Source: Tubiluchus corallicola (lineage: Eukaryota > Animalia > Priapulida). Taken from it: DNA of 64,000 nt. The position numbers and the translations under genes were made by a program. This document shows positions 52,386 through 64,000 of this stretch, piece by piece. The stretch is from positions 124,001-188,000 of the forward strand of contig JAQGDQ010000296.1 of NCBI GenBank assembly GCA_030141605.1, written 5' to 3'. The notes beneath the pieces are model-generated. The model did no database searches. It saw only the letters and a list, made by a program, of their open reading frames with translations, and was not told where the DNA came from. Within the stretch, counting starts at the first letter, position 1, and the number at the start of each line of letters is the position of its first letter.

Positions 52386-53870
52386 TTCCAGTAGGCAAAT
52401 ACAAACAAAATCAACTTCTTTAGCCGCAAGGTTAATAGCTGTGGAATAAACCGCAATGAAATATTAACTTCCAGGATTCGCAGTCATAATCTAATTCATG
52501 CAATTGACAGTTTGTATGTTGTTCTATTGCTCTAATATTTTACTCACAATAAAACAGAAAGAACACTACAAATTATGTCTGTTTGTTTAAGATAAAACTG
52601 GTACAATAACTTACTTTCATATGCAGCAGCGGCAGTAGGAGGAATAATAGCAACAACAAAAATGCGTCCTGTTAGAAATTAACAAAGTGGGTTAGAATTT
52701 TGACAGATACAACAGTTTGTTTACTACATGCTCGAATTTTGCGTGTTAAACGTACGGGTTCGGGTTTGAAATTAATATTATTTAATCCGATTAGAAAGAA
52801 GCTTTGGCGTTTCTACTTCGATAATGCGTTTTTTAGTTTTCTTTTGTTATCTGAATTTTTTTAAATCTTAGTTTTGATCCAGTGAGTGACATGAGTTTGT
52901 TATTAAGGGATAGTCTGACTGTGAAAAAGTCTTTTGTTTTGGAAAAATACGGTTTTTAGATTTGGTCAAAGTATAACTATAATCATGCCAAGAAGCTTGG
53001 GCATAAGGTATTGGAAATTGTGTCGAAATGAAGAAACATTGGTTTTGAAAGTTACAAGTTTCAGTTACATCTACTCTATTTAAATTCAACGTTTAACCAG
53101 TTTCACCACGTGTCTTTGACATGGCAAATTGAGAATATAAACTTGAGAATCAGTTTCCGGCTCTGTGAAAAGCAAAGCGATATCTTTGACACAAAACAGC
53201 TTCCAAAATGTTTGCCAATAACAAGAAATTAAACCTAGTTTTCAGCTGATAACTAATACGGTTGTAAGAAATTAGAGCTAATAATTGGATGATTGGCCGA
53301 TAAGTCGATTGGTTGGTGAACTGTTACGAACCGGTTAAAGTTAAATTAAGGCTTGCCATGATCAAAGGTTTTTGCCCAATTCCATGTCAAATTCAATTTC
53401 ACTTTTTGAAGTCTTTGGTCGACTTACTGGTAATATAGCCACTAATTAGGCCTATATCGGTGCCATGCTGTGGGAATACTGGCGACTAGTAGAACGTTTT
53501 GATATGAGAATAGCAGTCAAGAGCGAGTTTTGAAGATCAGCATCGTATTTAATGAATCATTCTTATTTTACTTGCTTGTCTACCTCACTTACCGAGTCTA
53601 ATAAATTCCAGAAAAAACATTTCGGAATGCATAGCTCTAATATCTACTACTATCGTATTTCAGCGCAGCAGTCTTTTGCGCATGCGCACACTCACACATC
53701 ATTTTACCCTTAATTTCATACTCCCATTATTTTATGCTTGCATAAAATTGATGATCCAAATTCAGACATTGTAAAATACATTTGTATTTTTCATACTCCG
53801 CTAATTAATTTGCATAAAATAGCTGAAATTATATACAATAATGGTTACTACTGCATGCTCTCTACTTGCT

Positions 53871-54776
53871 TCACTTTTTAATTTCATTTTTAGACCTAGT
53901 AGGAGAGCCATGAGGTGACGGTGATATCATTACGACCATAGTGGTTCTGTACGGAGTTGGCGAGTCGGCTCTTACATCATTTGTTGAACCAGCTGCAGGG
54001 AGATTAGCCACACTGGCTTGTAGAGTGTTAGCAAAATCATTGTATTCATTTGATCGGAAAACATCAGCATGTCCGAAATTTACTTGAGAGCCAATATTCA
54101 AATGAGAACCATCTTGGAATTGTGATCGTTCAGGAGATTGAAATTTGGCATTGGGATTTAACACGGGACGATGTTGAGGTCCAGCATCGTAATATAAATA
54201 TCCATCATTTGCACCTGTGAGTTTTGCCACTTCAGCTTCTACAGATGATGCATCACCCGCCTCATCTGTAATACCCTCTTGAGAGCGTCGCCGGTACGGT
54301 ATAGGTGGTACTGGTGGGTATTTCTGTATTGGTTTCAGTTTTGGTGCATGATCTGATACATAACCTGACAGCTCACCAGGCAACGTGGCCAGCACTTCTC
54401 TAAAAGCGCTCTGTACAGATATGGTTTCCTTGCTGAGGTCACTGAGAGCTGAAGATGCAGTCACAAATGTCTTGTTTATCAGCGTCCTGCTGGCATCTTG
54501 GGCGTCACATTCCTGGCTTAGGCTCTCTATATAGTTATCCAGTGGTTCTTTCTGTTTGATTAGCTGTCGTTCATATTCCAACCATAACTGTTCTTGATCT
54601 TGTAAACAAATGTCTAAGTTGGTAGCTGTAAGCGGCGAGACTTTCTGATAAATTGTGGACATCCAATGTGACAAATCTCTGTGGGATTTTCGTACGGCAT
54701 GAACACTTTTTACATATGTCTTAAATGCCTCGCGAAACCGCTCGCCGTTATTGATATGATTTCTAATTTGTTCCAT
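53871..54776 (-). CDS. Intronless divergent amphiphysin/BIN-like protein with partial BAR domain and Pro-rich low-complexity tail (~301 aa)
   Basis: GERFREAFKTYVKSVHAVRKSHRDLSHWMSTIY and QEQLWLEYERQLIKQKEPLDNYIESL align by eye with BIN1/amphiphysin BAR helices ([57 protein letters not shown]); 900-nt open frame in AT-rich DNA; ATG at 54776. Confidence 0.65.
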   Translation of the reverse strand: MEQIRNHINNGERFREAFKTYVKSVHAVRKSHRDLSHWMSTIYQKVSPLTATNLDICLQDQEQLWLEYERQLIKQKEPLDNYIESLSQECDAQDASRTLINKTFVTASSALSDLSKETISVQSAFREVLATLPGELSGYVSDHAPKLKPIQKYPPVPPIPYRRRSQEGITDEAGDASSVEAEVAKLTGANDGYLYYDAGPQHRPVLNPNAKFQSPERSQFQDGSHLNIGSQVNFGHADVFRSNEYNDFANTLQASVANLPAAGSTNDVRADSPTPYRTTMVVMISPSPHGSPTRSKNEIKK

Positions 54777-55865
54777 AACATAACATTGCACTTAACAACT
54801 CTATAATTTTGACGATATTAAATTTGTGACCACAGTAAACTGAGCAGAGAGATCATTTTTAAAAAAGTTTCCTACTGTTATGTCGGCCGTGCAAAACTGA
54901 TATCTATGACAACCGCTTTGAATGCGTATTACGAAGTGATGCGCTCTAACATAGCAACAACTAAGAAATAATAACAACATTATTGGCCATAGTGCCGAAC
55001 CTTAGAAGTGCAAGTATTTTTAAAAGTTCAGAAAACACATATTCTAGTACAACTTCTCAACCAATTGCTCATACAATTCAAAAGTGGTCCACACTTTATG
55101 CAAGAAATTATACTGCACCGTTTGGACCATTACCATTTGGTAATTACATGCACTTTTATTCTCACAGTTATTCTTAATAATTTTGAAAATTGGAGTCCGG
55201 CAATGTTATCAGTTTGGCAGTGCAGTCAAATTATGTTAATGCTGCTATGTTTTCTGAAATGTTGTATAGGCTGCATATATGCTTTTAGGTTGTATAGGCT
55301 ATGTATTAAAATATAAACAGGGCACTAAATGACAAATTTATAAATCCTTTCTGAATTTTCACTGTCATTTCAAACTTTAAAATATGATACAGCAGAACAT
55401 GTTCAGGCGTAAGATCCAGTAGGGTAAATGGCTACAAAGCAAACGTATATACAGTATTTTAAAATCGGAAAATATTTTACATTATTAACGCTATAACTTA
55501 TATCAAAAGGAGAAATTTTTAGCTAAATAGCTAAATGTACGCTAGTTGATTACTGAATAACTGTTTGCATTTTCTAGTTTTACGGCTCACTGTAAACCAA
55601 AATAACCCCCCTTCTGTGGTTTCGCGAAGCCTGCCCGTGACTGCCCCCTTTTTATTGGGATTGCATTGCCCCCGGGAAAACAAAATGACAAAATGCATTT
55701 ACTTAAGATATCTGAAATTGTTTGCTTTTGTTTGCTGGTAAAGGTCTATAAATATTTAAATATCATTCATAAATAAATCCATACGCCCATGTAACTTGAA
55801 TTATTTTTGTACTTTTCGGGTTCTTGTGTTTGTAATGTGTGTTGTAGGTAATACCTCCTCACCGC

Positions 55866-56056
<191 letters not shown>

Positions 56057-57924
56057 GTTTCCACTGATCTTTCTCCTCCACACACTTTTTAACTACCTAT
56101 AATACAGAATCGATAACTTGTTAAATAGGCCTACATTTTACATATCATTATTGATACACATTACAGGAAACTTAAAATGTAAAAAGGAAGAAGGACAAAA
56201 CAATCATTTGTCATATGTGGCAAGCCCCAAAATTTCTACAGTCAGTCGCTTCAGTATTTCTGTTGAAGCACCGGTATTATGACCAGGTGACCTCACTTTC
56301 AGATTTTTGCTGGGATATATATTTATTATTTGTTTTACCTTTATAAATATGACTTTAAATAAAATTTCATTTCTGATGAGAGCTGCATCTCAAGCGTACA
56401 TAGATGCATACGGAAGAGGCCATGATGAACACGTGCACTCGATCTATATAACTGTACGCTGTTTTTATCTTTATCTATTATAATTTCTGCAATATGCCTT
56501 CGACATATCGTTGTAAAATTCATAGCGCGCATTAATACGCAAGACGTTCCACGCATATAGAATGTGTTACTACGGGTGCAGCATTGTCAAGAAGACGTCA
56601 AACGCAGAGTTTATGCACAACAATTGTCAAGGTAAAAACCGCTAACAGAAATTTACCGTATGCTTTGATGGAAAATTTACGCATATTTGATTTTCACAAA
56701 CTCTGCATTGATTTGACGATGGGTGACGTGCAATTTCTGATGTAGCTTGCGCATGCGTGTAGAATATGACCTACTTATTTTATAGAAATAACTGTGAGCA
56801 TACTGTTTTTGATTTCGCAGTAATTTTATTTTTTGAGCGGGTTGAAAAAAACGAGGTACTGCTTTGGCATGTGGCAGGATCAAACGAGAAGTTTAAGAGC
56901 AATTGGTTACACATAATATCTATATATAGTGATGAAAAAAGTGTATGGCGGCCGTGTAACTTAGAATGTTTGCAACAGAGCAATCTAGGCAAAATTCTGC
57001 AGATTTCTGGAGTACCTTCTGTTACCATTCTGTCCTACCGGTTTATCTTGGCAAGCAGACAATTGGCTTTAATGGATGAATTAGATATTTGTGTGTTACT
57101 TTAAAAAAGTTGATAGTTTCATGCATCCCGATTGTTGTAAAGTTTATGTTTCACCATTTCACCATGTGCGTGCGCGCGCGCATGTGTGTGGGTTTAAATT
57201 CGTCTCAATGTTATTTATATTTTTATTTTGAAACAAACATTGTACTTGGATTGTTCCTCTTTTGATAATCCTGGACTTCGTATCTTATTCCTGAGATACT
57301 CGGCAGCTACAAAAATGCTTGCCTGTTGCCCAAGTCACCTCATTAATTATGCAGTTATTTTAGTCAGGTTCATCAGGTAGTTAGGTTCCAGTTAGGTTCA
57401 TCAGGTAGTGGGCCTGTTTGATAATATGGAATTTTATAAAGGGATTTTAGTCTAGGCACCAATTAGGGGGCCTGCTTAATAATATGGATTTTTGTAAAGG
57501 AATTTTTATAACTATTACTTAAAAAAGAAGCTTCCTGTGTAACGTAATGAAGACAGCACACTGAGATGACGGAATGCGTGTTGACGTTAGAGTAACAGCT
57601 GAGTCATTGTGAGGTTTCAAACGTAGTTGAAGGGCTTTGGTATGCTTGCAATATGCAGCCGCATGGAGGCTCAAACTACGTAAATTGGTATCGAGACTTG
57701 TGAAAGAAAACATCTGAGACCTAGCTCTCCGCCAGTTGATATATAAGACAATTCATCTTACATCTTCATAAATATACAGAAGAATTCCTGTATACTGTGT
57801 TATTATTAAAGTATTATTTCATGTACTTACTTATGGACATAGTAAACTATGTTTTTATTATGTTGAAAATTGGGACGCGATTTTAAGGCCTATGTATTAC
57901 TTATACGATCGTAGCCAAGAACAC

Positions 57925-58420
57925 TTATTATTATAAATCACAACCAAACAACGAGTCAATTACAACCCTCAAATGGAATATAACGACGGAAAGAACAGGG
58001 TTATACCAAATTTTCAACAACCTGAAAGATACTTATTTTTAACATTATCGAAGGAGAGAAGAAGATTTGAAGATCTTTATAAAAAAGTCTGTCGAGACAG
58101 AAGAAAAGAAGCGTACGACAAAGAAAATATATAAATTAAACAAAAAGCCTAGGCTCATTCTTTTGCTAGTTTGTAAAGTTGAGCTAATTTTAATATTTGA
58201 GAAAAATGTTAGAAAGCTTCAGCAGTAAAATTATGATAAGTGCCTCGTGTAATCACTCAAATTTAAAGTCGCGATCATTTCACTTTTGGGCGCAATCATT
58301 TTGAACGAAAATGATAGTCCGTGTCACATAACTACAATATCACCATCTAGGTATTATTGATACTTATTGTTATTATTATTATAAATTATAACCAAACAAC
58401 AAATTAGTTACAATCCTCAA
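57925..58420 (+). repeat. Dispersed ~50-bp direct repeat pair
   Basis: TTATTATAAAT.A.AACCAAACAAC...TTACAA.CCTCAA occurs at ~57925-57972 and ~58372-58420. Confidence 0.6.
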
Positions 58421-60259
58421 CTCATCCATTACTGATACTGCTCCTTGTCGTCTTTCATTATTATGTCTAGCTTATGATAATATAGCAGCTACGCACACAA
58501 TACTGTGATCCTGCTATAACTCTCAGTAAAGTAATTTTTGGAACTTGCGGCGGAAGCATGACAGATAAATCATGTCATTTATTTCATAGACACAAAAGCG
58601 CTCTGGGGACTACAAAGCTGAAATGTAAATAATCGTTTTGCTTGCAATTTAATTTCAAACCGATGCTTAGATTAAGAGATATCCGGCTTATTTCTTACAG
58701 AATTTCTTACTTTAACTGTTCTGATTCTTGAATGCGGTAAAAAATTTGCTATCCCTTCTTTCTTTCGTAGGTTTCAGATTCTTACTCCTTATTTGAGAAA
58801 ACCAAACTACTTACACAATTTTAGCAAGATTTCTAACATCAAAGATACTAGATACCAGCTTTCACTTATCCGCACCAAACCATTATTTCTTTAACTCATC
58901 AAACCCTTTTATTATCTTCAGATAAGTTACTAATAATGAGTAAGTTTTTGATGTCATACTAAATGAAGAGCATTTAATGACGTGTCTAGGACAATAATGA
59001 CCTTCTTGCTGATAAGAAGCATGGTTTTCCCTGCTCTGTTTCCTCTGAACCAGTTAATTACCGAGTATATGAACTGAACTTGAGGCAAAAGGTCAGGAAG
59101 ACTCATGGATTTTAAATATGCCGAATTTTTTTTGTTATTTTTTTTGGTCTATTTTCAATATTTTAAAGTAAAGCTAGTGTAAGCTTTAAAATTAAAAATT
59201 TTATTTAGTGTACGTGTGAGAACTACATTTCGTTTTCCACTGTAAAAATAAAACCAAGAGCAAGGATGAAAAAGCCATGACTAAATTATTGCACTAGAAC
59301 GGCATGATGATAATGACAATGTAGCAAATATTACATAAGTTGAGAAATACGTCAGACTAGGCTTATACGATTTCAACTGTAAAAAAATCATTTTTACCTC
59401 AACGTTACGCTGTTTTAACATAATGAAAACCTAATATAGCTAAAGTAACATAGGAAAATAGCACCATAATGACTAATTTTTAAAGACTATTTTACAGCTC
59501 AGCTTATATGCCAAACTACTTTTATATATCAAACTATATCAAATTTTGGCTTATTCCTAAATCATTTCACTGTTGCTAATTGCGAAGAAAGGTTAGGTAG
59601 GTATAAAGGCAGGCTCATTATCTAAAATTACTTGAATAGATGACCTTTAATACTACAGGCTTTGAACCGCTACAGATTACAGCCTGTAATTATGCACATA
59701 CACGTCTTTTACTGTAAATGAAAATACAAGTTTTAACTACGTTTCCTACACTTCTACCGGACAAACAAACAAATTAACTAACTAACTAAATCAATTGCAA
59801 AAGATGTCAGAATCGTAAGTTAACATCATAAGTACGAGTCGTAATAAATTTCAATAAGTAATATAATAATTAATTAGTAGTAGGTGGAAATATAATCTTT
59901 TTCCTTTCTAGTTCTCTTCGAATAAAGATTAAACCCAACAGCTGGTAATCAAACAGCGCCTAATGAAAATCAGGAGTGGGATGCAAACTGATTTTCTCAT
60001 GTTTGATTTCACTTGCGTGACAAAATGTCTTTGAGAACACGTGCAGCGTGAAGGTATTTTAAAATGTTCATTAATTCACCTCACATCCGGAGCTTGTTTA
60101 AGCAATAAACCATGGGTTAAAGGTTGACTACTGAAGCCATCATTGCTGTAGTTAACAATGCTTACCTGCAAATGGTCTCCGATGAAGCCGATGGCGTTCT
60201 GTGCAGCTTCACGGGGTTTCTTGGGTAAAAAGGCTGAAAAACGAGACGCTTGATTACAA

Positions 60260-60930
60260 TTGGAGGCCATAACTTCGATTGCATACGAAAATTTTATGTT
60301 TTTGCAGTAGTAGGACGTATTACTCCATCTGAAGATATATTTAATTTTACAGTCTCGAGCGTCATAAGTTTTGATTGCTGACTATAAAATTTCGTTTGGC
60401 CTAATGATTTCATGTTGACGAAGACCTCGAGCATGACGTTCTGGTGGATACAGAAGATGTTCAGACGTTCAGCGCTCACAGAATATTGGCATCAGTTCTT
60501 GCCCTTTTTTCAAAATTGGACGAGATTGTCCGTGCCGATATTCCTCTTGGTGTCGAAACCAGCATCGCTGTGCCCGTCTTCCGAGTAAACGGAGGTGATG
60601 AGTCTATTATGGATGATAGCCTCCGTTTCAGAAACAAAAGATACAATCTCAATGGGTAAGACAGATTGTCTTGCTATAGATTTAAAGAGTAGTGTCTTTA
60701 AAATACCGTTGATTTTCTTGAAGGCTTCGCCCTCCCATGTCGAAAACTGAGTGATGAATTTCCAGGTTAGGTATAAAGGCACCTCTATCACTTCATTAGA
60801 TTTTTGCTGGGGTACTCATTTAGCAAAATCGAACACAGACAATCAGATCCAGTACAGTGAAATGGTTTACGTGTGCAAGCGAGGGCAGGTCTTTCTACTT
60901 CGGTGCTTTATAATGACATCCCTCGAAATG
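60260..60930 (-). pseudogene. Decayed BEL/Pao LTR-retrotransposon integrase core and C-terminal (DUF5641-like) region
   Basis: WKFITQFSTWEGEAFKKINGILKTLLFKSIARQSVLPIEIVSFVSETEAIIHNRLIT matches the BEL/Pao pattern WKFxPxxAPWxGGxxERxxxxxKxxLxxxxG...EIEAxxNxRPLT; followed by QF*KK (cf. FWKRW) and SSDGVIRPTTAKT (cf. GxDGxVRxxxVKT); stops present. Confidence 0.75.
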
Positions 60931-61589
60931 TGACACCTCGCTAGCCCATAAAAAGAGAAGAAAACACAAAAAACGCAATAGCAACAGAGTAAAAATTAAT
61001 TATTCAAAATAGTGTGGGTAGATTGCTTTTAATTATAGATAAATTAATGCCATCGTCTACAGACCGGTTATCGTTAGCTGGTGGATTTTTGTCCTCCACA
61101 TGATTCGCAGATCGTATGCACAGTGGTATCCAGAAAAAGCAGGTTTGCTAGTGACCAGATGCTGGTAACCTTCCCTTTAGTTTCTACTGCTCATGTACAA
61201 AGTTTTACTGCATGGACTTGTGTGGCAATAAGTAAGATTTTCTTAATCTTAAATGTCAAAGTCAAGGTCATGCGTCATAAAGACTCTCCCCTTCCCCTCC
61301 CCGAAACTGTGATACTGCTATAGACAGTTGTTTAATGATTAGACTCTAATTAGTTGAGTTTACGTGATCCAAAATTCAACAATGAAATTCATTTAGCAGC
61401 TTGACACCTTATTTTCTGTTGAACTGACATTAGTTACTAATTTTTTTTAAAAAATTCCTTCAAATAAGAAATGAAACTGTGAATAAAAGTGATATCTTTG
61501 CAGTACTCGTAAGTTTCTCACACAAATTCAGCTTACATTTGTTTGTTTCTTTTTAATTTTGCTAGATATTGAGAATTCTAAAGTGCTGC

Positions 61590-61860
61590 ATACGCGACAG
61601 TTTGGCGTTTTGGCCGGGTGGATATTGTCAGAATCTTCTTGCAATTGATAATCTTCAGCAGCTGAACATTGCGACACGCGATATAAGACCCATGGCAACA
61701 CGAACCGTTGTATAAATCTATTCTACAACATTCATCGACCCAGTCTGCAAGGCATAGATCGAAGAAGAAAAGTGTGCTTGTGGAGAAAGAGCAATGTAGC
61801 GTTATTGTCACATGCCTGATGAGGTATGATGACGATATCGACCTGTTTGTTGGCCACAAA
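61590..61860 (+). pseudogene. Possible decayed Merlin/ISXO2-like DDE transposase fragment
   Basis: Across frameshifts reads FWPGGY...PWQHE-VV-N-YSTTFIDPV, resembling the Merlin pattern SDxWxxY...YxHxTVNHSxxFVDPxTG. Confidence 0.4.
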
Positions 61861-62189
61861 GAAAAACTTTCAGAGCCATGTATTCTATCGAGGACAAACC
61901 GGGAGATCTGATGAAAAACGTTAAAATGCCAAAAGCACGGAAGAAAACAAAAATCGTCGTCAGTGGAGAGCGCCCGTCGGCCAGCGTGAGAGAATAAGTA
62001 ACGTGTTCTTTTCCTGCTTGCTCGCATTTTACTCGCTAACTCATCTATTTACTAGTCCGCCTTCGACTGTATAGAGTGTACAGTTGAACTTTTAAACGTT
62101 TGGCTAGATCGAAAGTTTTAACAGCTTACCACGTATTAGAAAAGCAAAAAGAGCATATTAAATGGCATGATTAGTATAAGATAATAATG

Positions 62190-63830
62190 CTAAGAAAATA
62201 TGGAGGAAGGTAAACAGGAAAGGAAACTTAAAAGCAAATGACATTGCTGAGGCATTGCAAAACGATTTGTAAAAAAATTACTGTTGACGTAAATGTCTTA
62301 GCACAGTCATTTGAAAGTAAATCCACTCTCCCTATCACAAACTCGATTTATAGTGATATACGATCAAATGTTTATATCCTAGTTTTAGATGACGAAATTT
62401 CACAGAATGAGGTACTTGAGACTGCTAAGTTGTTAAAAGGAAACAAAAACTCTAGTGATGGCTGGTGTGCAGGACTGATAAATACGCCTAACGTCTTGCA
62501 AATGATGATGCCTGTATTATTGCTTTTACTAAACATGACTTTTTTGTGTGCGGCTTATCCTGTAGCTTGATGTGGAGCTGTTATAATAGCATTGTTTAAA
62601 AAAAGGTGATGTAAACGATGCCGGTAATTACCGCGGAATTTCATTAGTGAGGCTTTTAGCTAAAATGTATGATATTATTCTGTGTGAAAGATTTAAATTG
62701 TTGCTTAAACCGTGTTATGAGCAATCTGTTTTCAACCCGGTCGCAGTTATGCGGAACATGTATTAACTTTAAGAATCTTAATTACACTGGCTAAACGTGC
62801 TAAAATTGCTTGCTTTATTTGTTGCTTTTCTTGATTTTAGCGCAGCATTCGCTCGAGTTGCATGGCGGATATTGTTTATGAAACTTGCTAAACTTGGAAC
62901 TGGTGCAACGTTCTTAAATGCATTAATTGCTATATATACCTATACGGAAAACATTGTCTTTTTTGATAATATAGCATCAGACCCATTTGTGTCAAATGCT
63001 GGAATTCGACAGGGCTCCCCAAGCTCCGCATTGTTGTTTATCGCATACATAAATGACCCGATTGTTTTATTTCGTAATACGTTTGCTCCTGAGTATATTA
63101 TTCATATGATTCATATCTAAATTCATGCCGTATATTCATACCACTATGTATAAGAAAAAATGTCTTATTTGCCTGTGTAACCAGCACATTATTGCATAAC
63201 TGTGAGACATGGGGGAGAGAACCCTGTAATCTGCTATGAACAGAGCATATGAAAATCGTAAAAAGTATGGTTGGGGTCAGATGACCGGTCACTAATGATA
63301 TAGTACTGTTTGATTGTTTGGTGTCCTCATTAGATTTCTTAATTGAACAAAGACAAATTAATTTTTGGAGTAGTATCATGAAAGGGAATAGTGAAGATAT
63401 GCTAAAAGGATTAATCTTAGATTGCCAATCTCAGAACAACTGTAAATATGTAACCTATTATAATTATATTTAATGAATTGTATACGTTTACCAGCTTCTC
63501 GAGGAAAGTCAAAATACGTGTACTACGTAAATATTAATCCAGATTTTGTGTAAGGGTTTTACGATGAAAGAAAATTGCTTACTGATGCTTATAAAAACAT
63601 TGTACGTTTGCGATTACTATCTCACGATTTAGCTATCGAAAAAAGTCGTTGGCAACATAAACCTAGAGAAGATAAATTATGTGAGTTTTTGTAAACCTAT
63701 GCTACTAATTGAGGATAAAAAACATTTCATTTTGAATTGTAAAAGAACAACATTAGCACGTAAATACGTAAATTATGTGCTGTTGAGATTTGTAACTTTC
63801 GAGATTTAATCGGTAATGTTGATGTTCATG
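62190..63830 (+). pseudogene. Decayed non-LTR (LINE) reverse transcriptase ORF2 3' part (RTE-X/Daphne/CR1-L2-like)
   Basis: KKGDVNDAGNYRGISL, VAFLDFSAAF, GIRQGSPSSALLFIAYIND, ACVTSTLLHNCETW and C-terminal RLLSHDLAIEKSRWQHKPREDKLC...EDKKHFILNC; frameshifts and stops. Confidence 0.9.
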
Positions 63831-64000
63831 GAATGTTTGCTTTGTGCTCGGGTGTACTTTTAAACATAAACGAGCAGTGCGGTTTATAATATAGGTAAAT
63901 AGTTCATTAGTTGCATGTAATTACATTCATAATTTCTTAAAAAACTATAGGGTGCAGATTTCACGCGGTATATGTCACGAAATTGTAAATGTATTTCTGT

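Noticed and set aside
56373-56410. CTGATGAGAG-CTGCAT-CTC hammerhead-like core
   Set aside because: GAAA is missing and no stem I is present; similar partial hits at ~41086 and ~28711 also fail.
57519-57713. SWIM zinc finger of a MULE transposase (CKH motif)
   Set aside because: The upstream CxC is absent; evidence too weak.

Overview
AT-rich, intron-containing animal genomic DNA, most likely a protostome invertebrate; no prokaryotic features were seen. Three host genes are supportable. (1) The 3' part of an insulin receptor substrate (IRS/chico-like) gene on +: 6 exons from 1 to 9579, about 848 aa visible, with 10 YxxM motifs, Grb2-type YxN motifs and C-terminal SHP2-type motifs. (2) A somatostatin/allatostatin-C-type GPCR on - with an intronless CDS (20085-21404). 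(3) An intronless divergent amphiphysin/BIN-like partial BAR-domain ORF on - (53871-54776). The rest is repeat-rich: microsatellites, MITE/foldback-like elements, tRNA-derived SINE-like relics and decayed BEL/Pao, LINE and probable Merlin coding relics. The most striking object is a complete, apparently very young 2,170-bp non-autonomous LTR retroelement at 42991-45160 on -. It has identical 352-bp LTRs, a 4-bp TSD, a tRNA-Leu PBS and a PPT. Its interior has no gag/pol and instead carries a 51-bp hairpin tandem array, retrovirus-like splice signals, a small ORF and a tRNA-3'-end-like motif. All calls are by eye; no database searches or folding computations were run.
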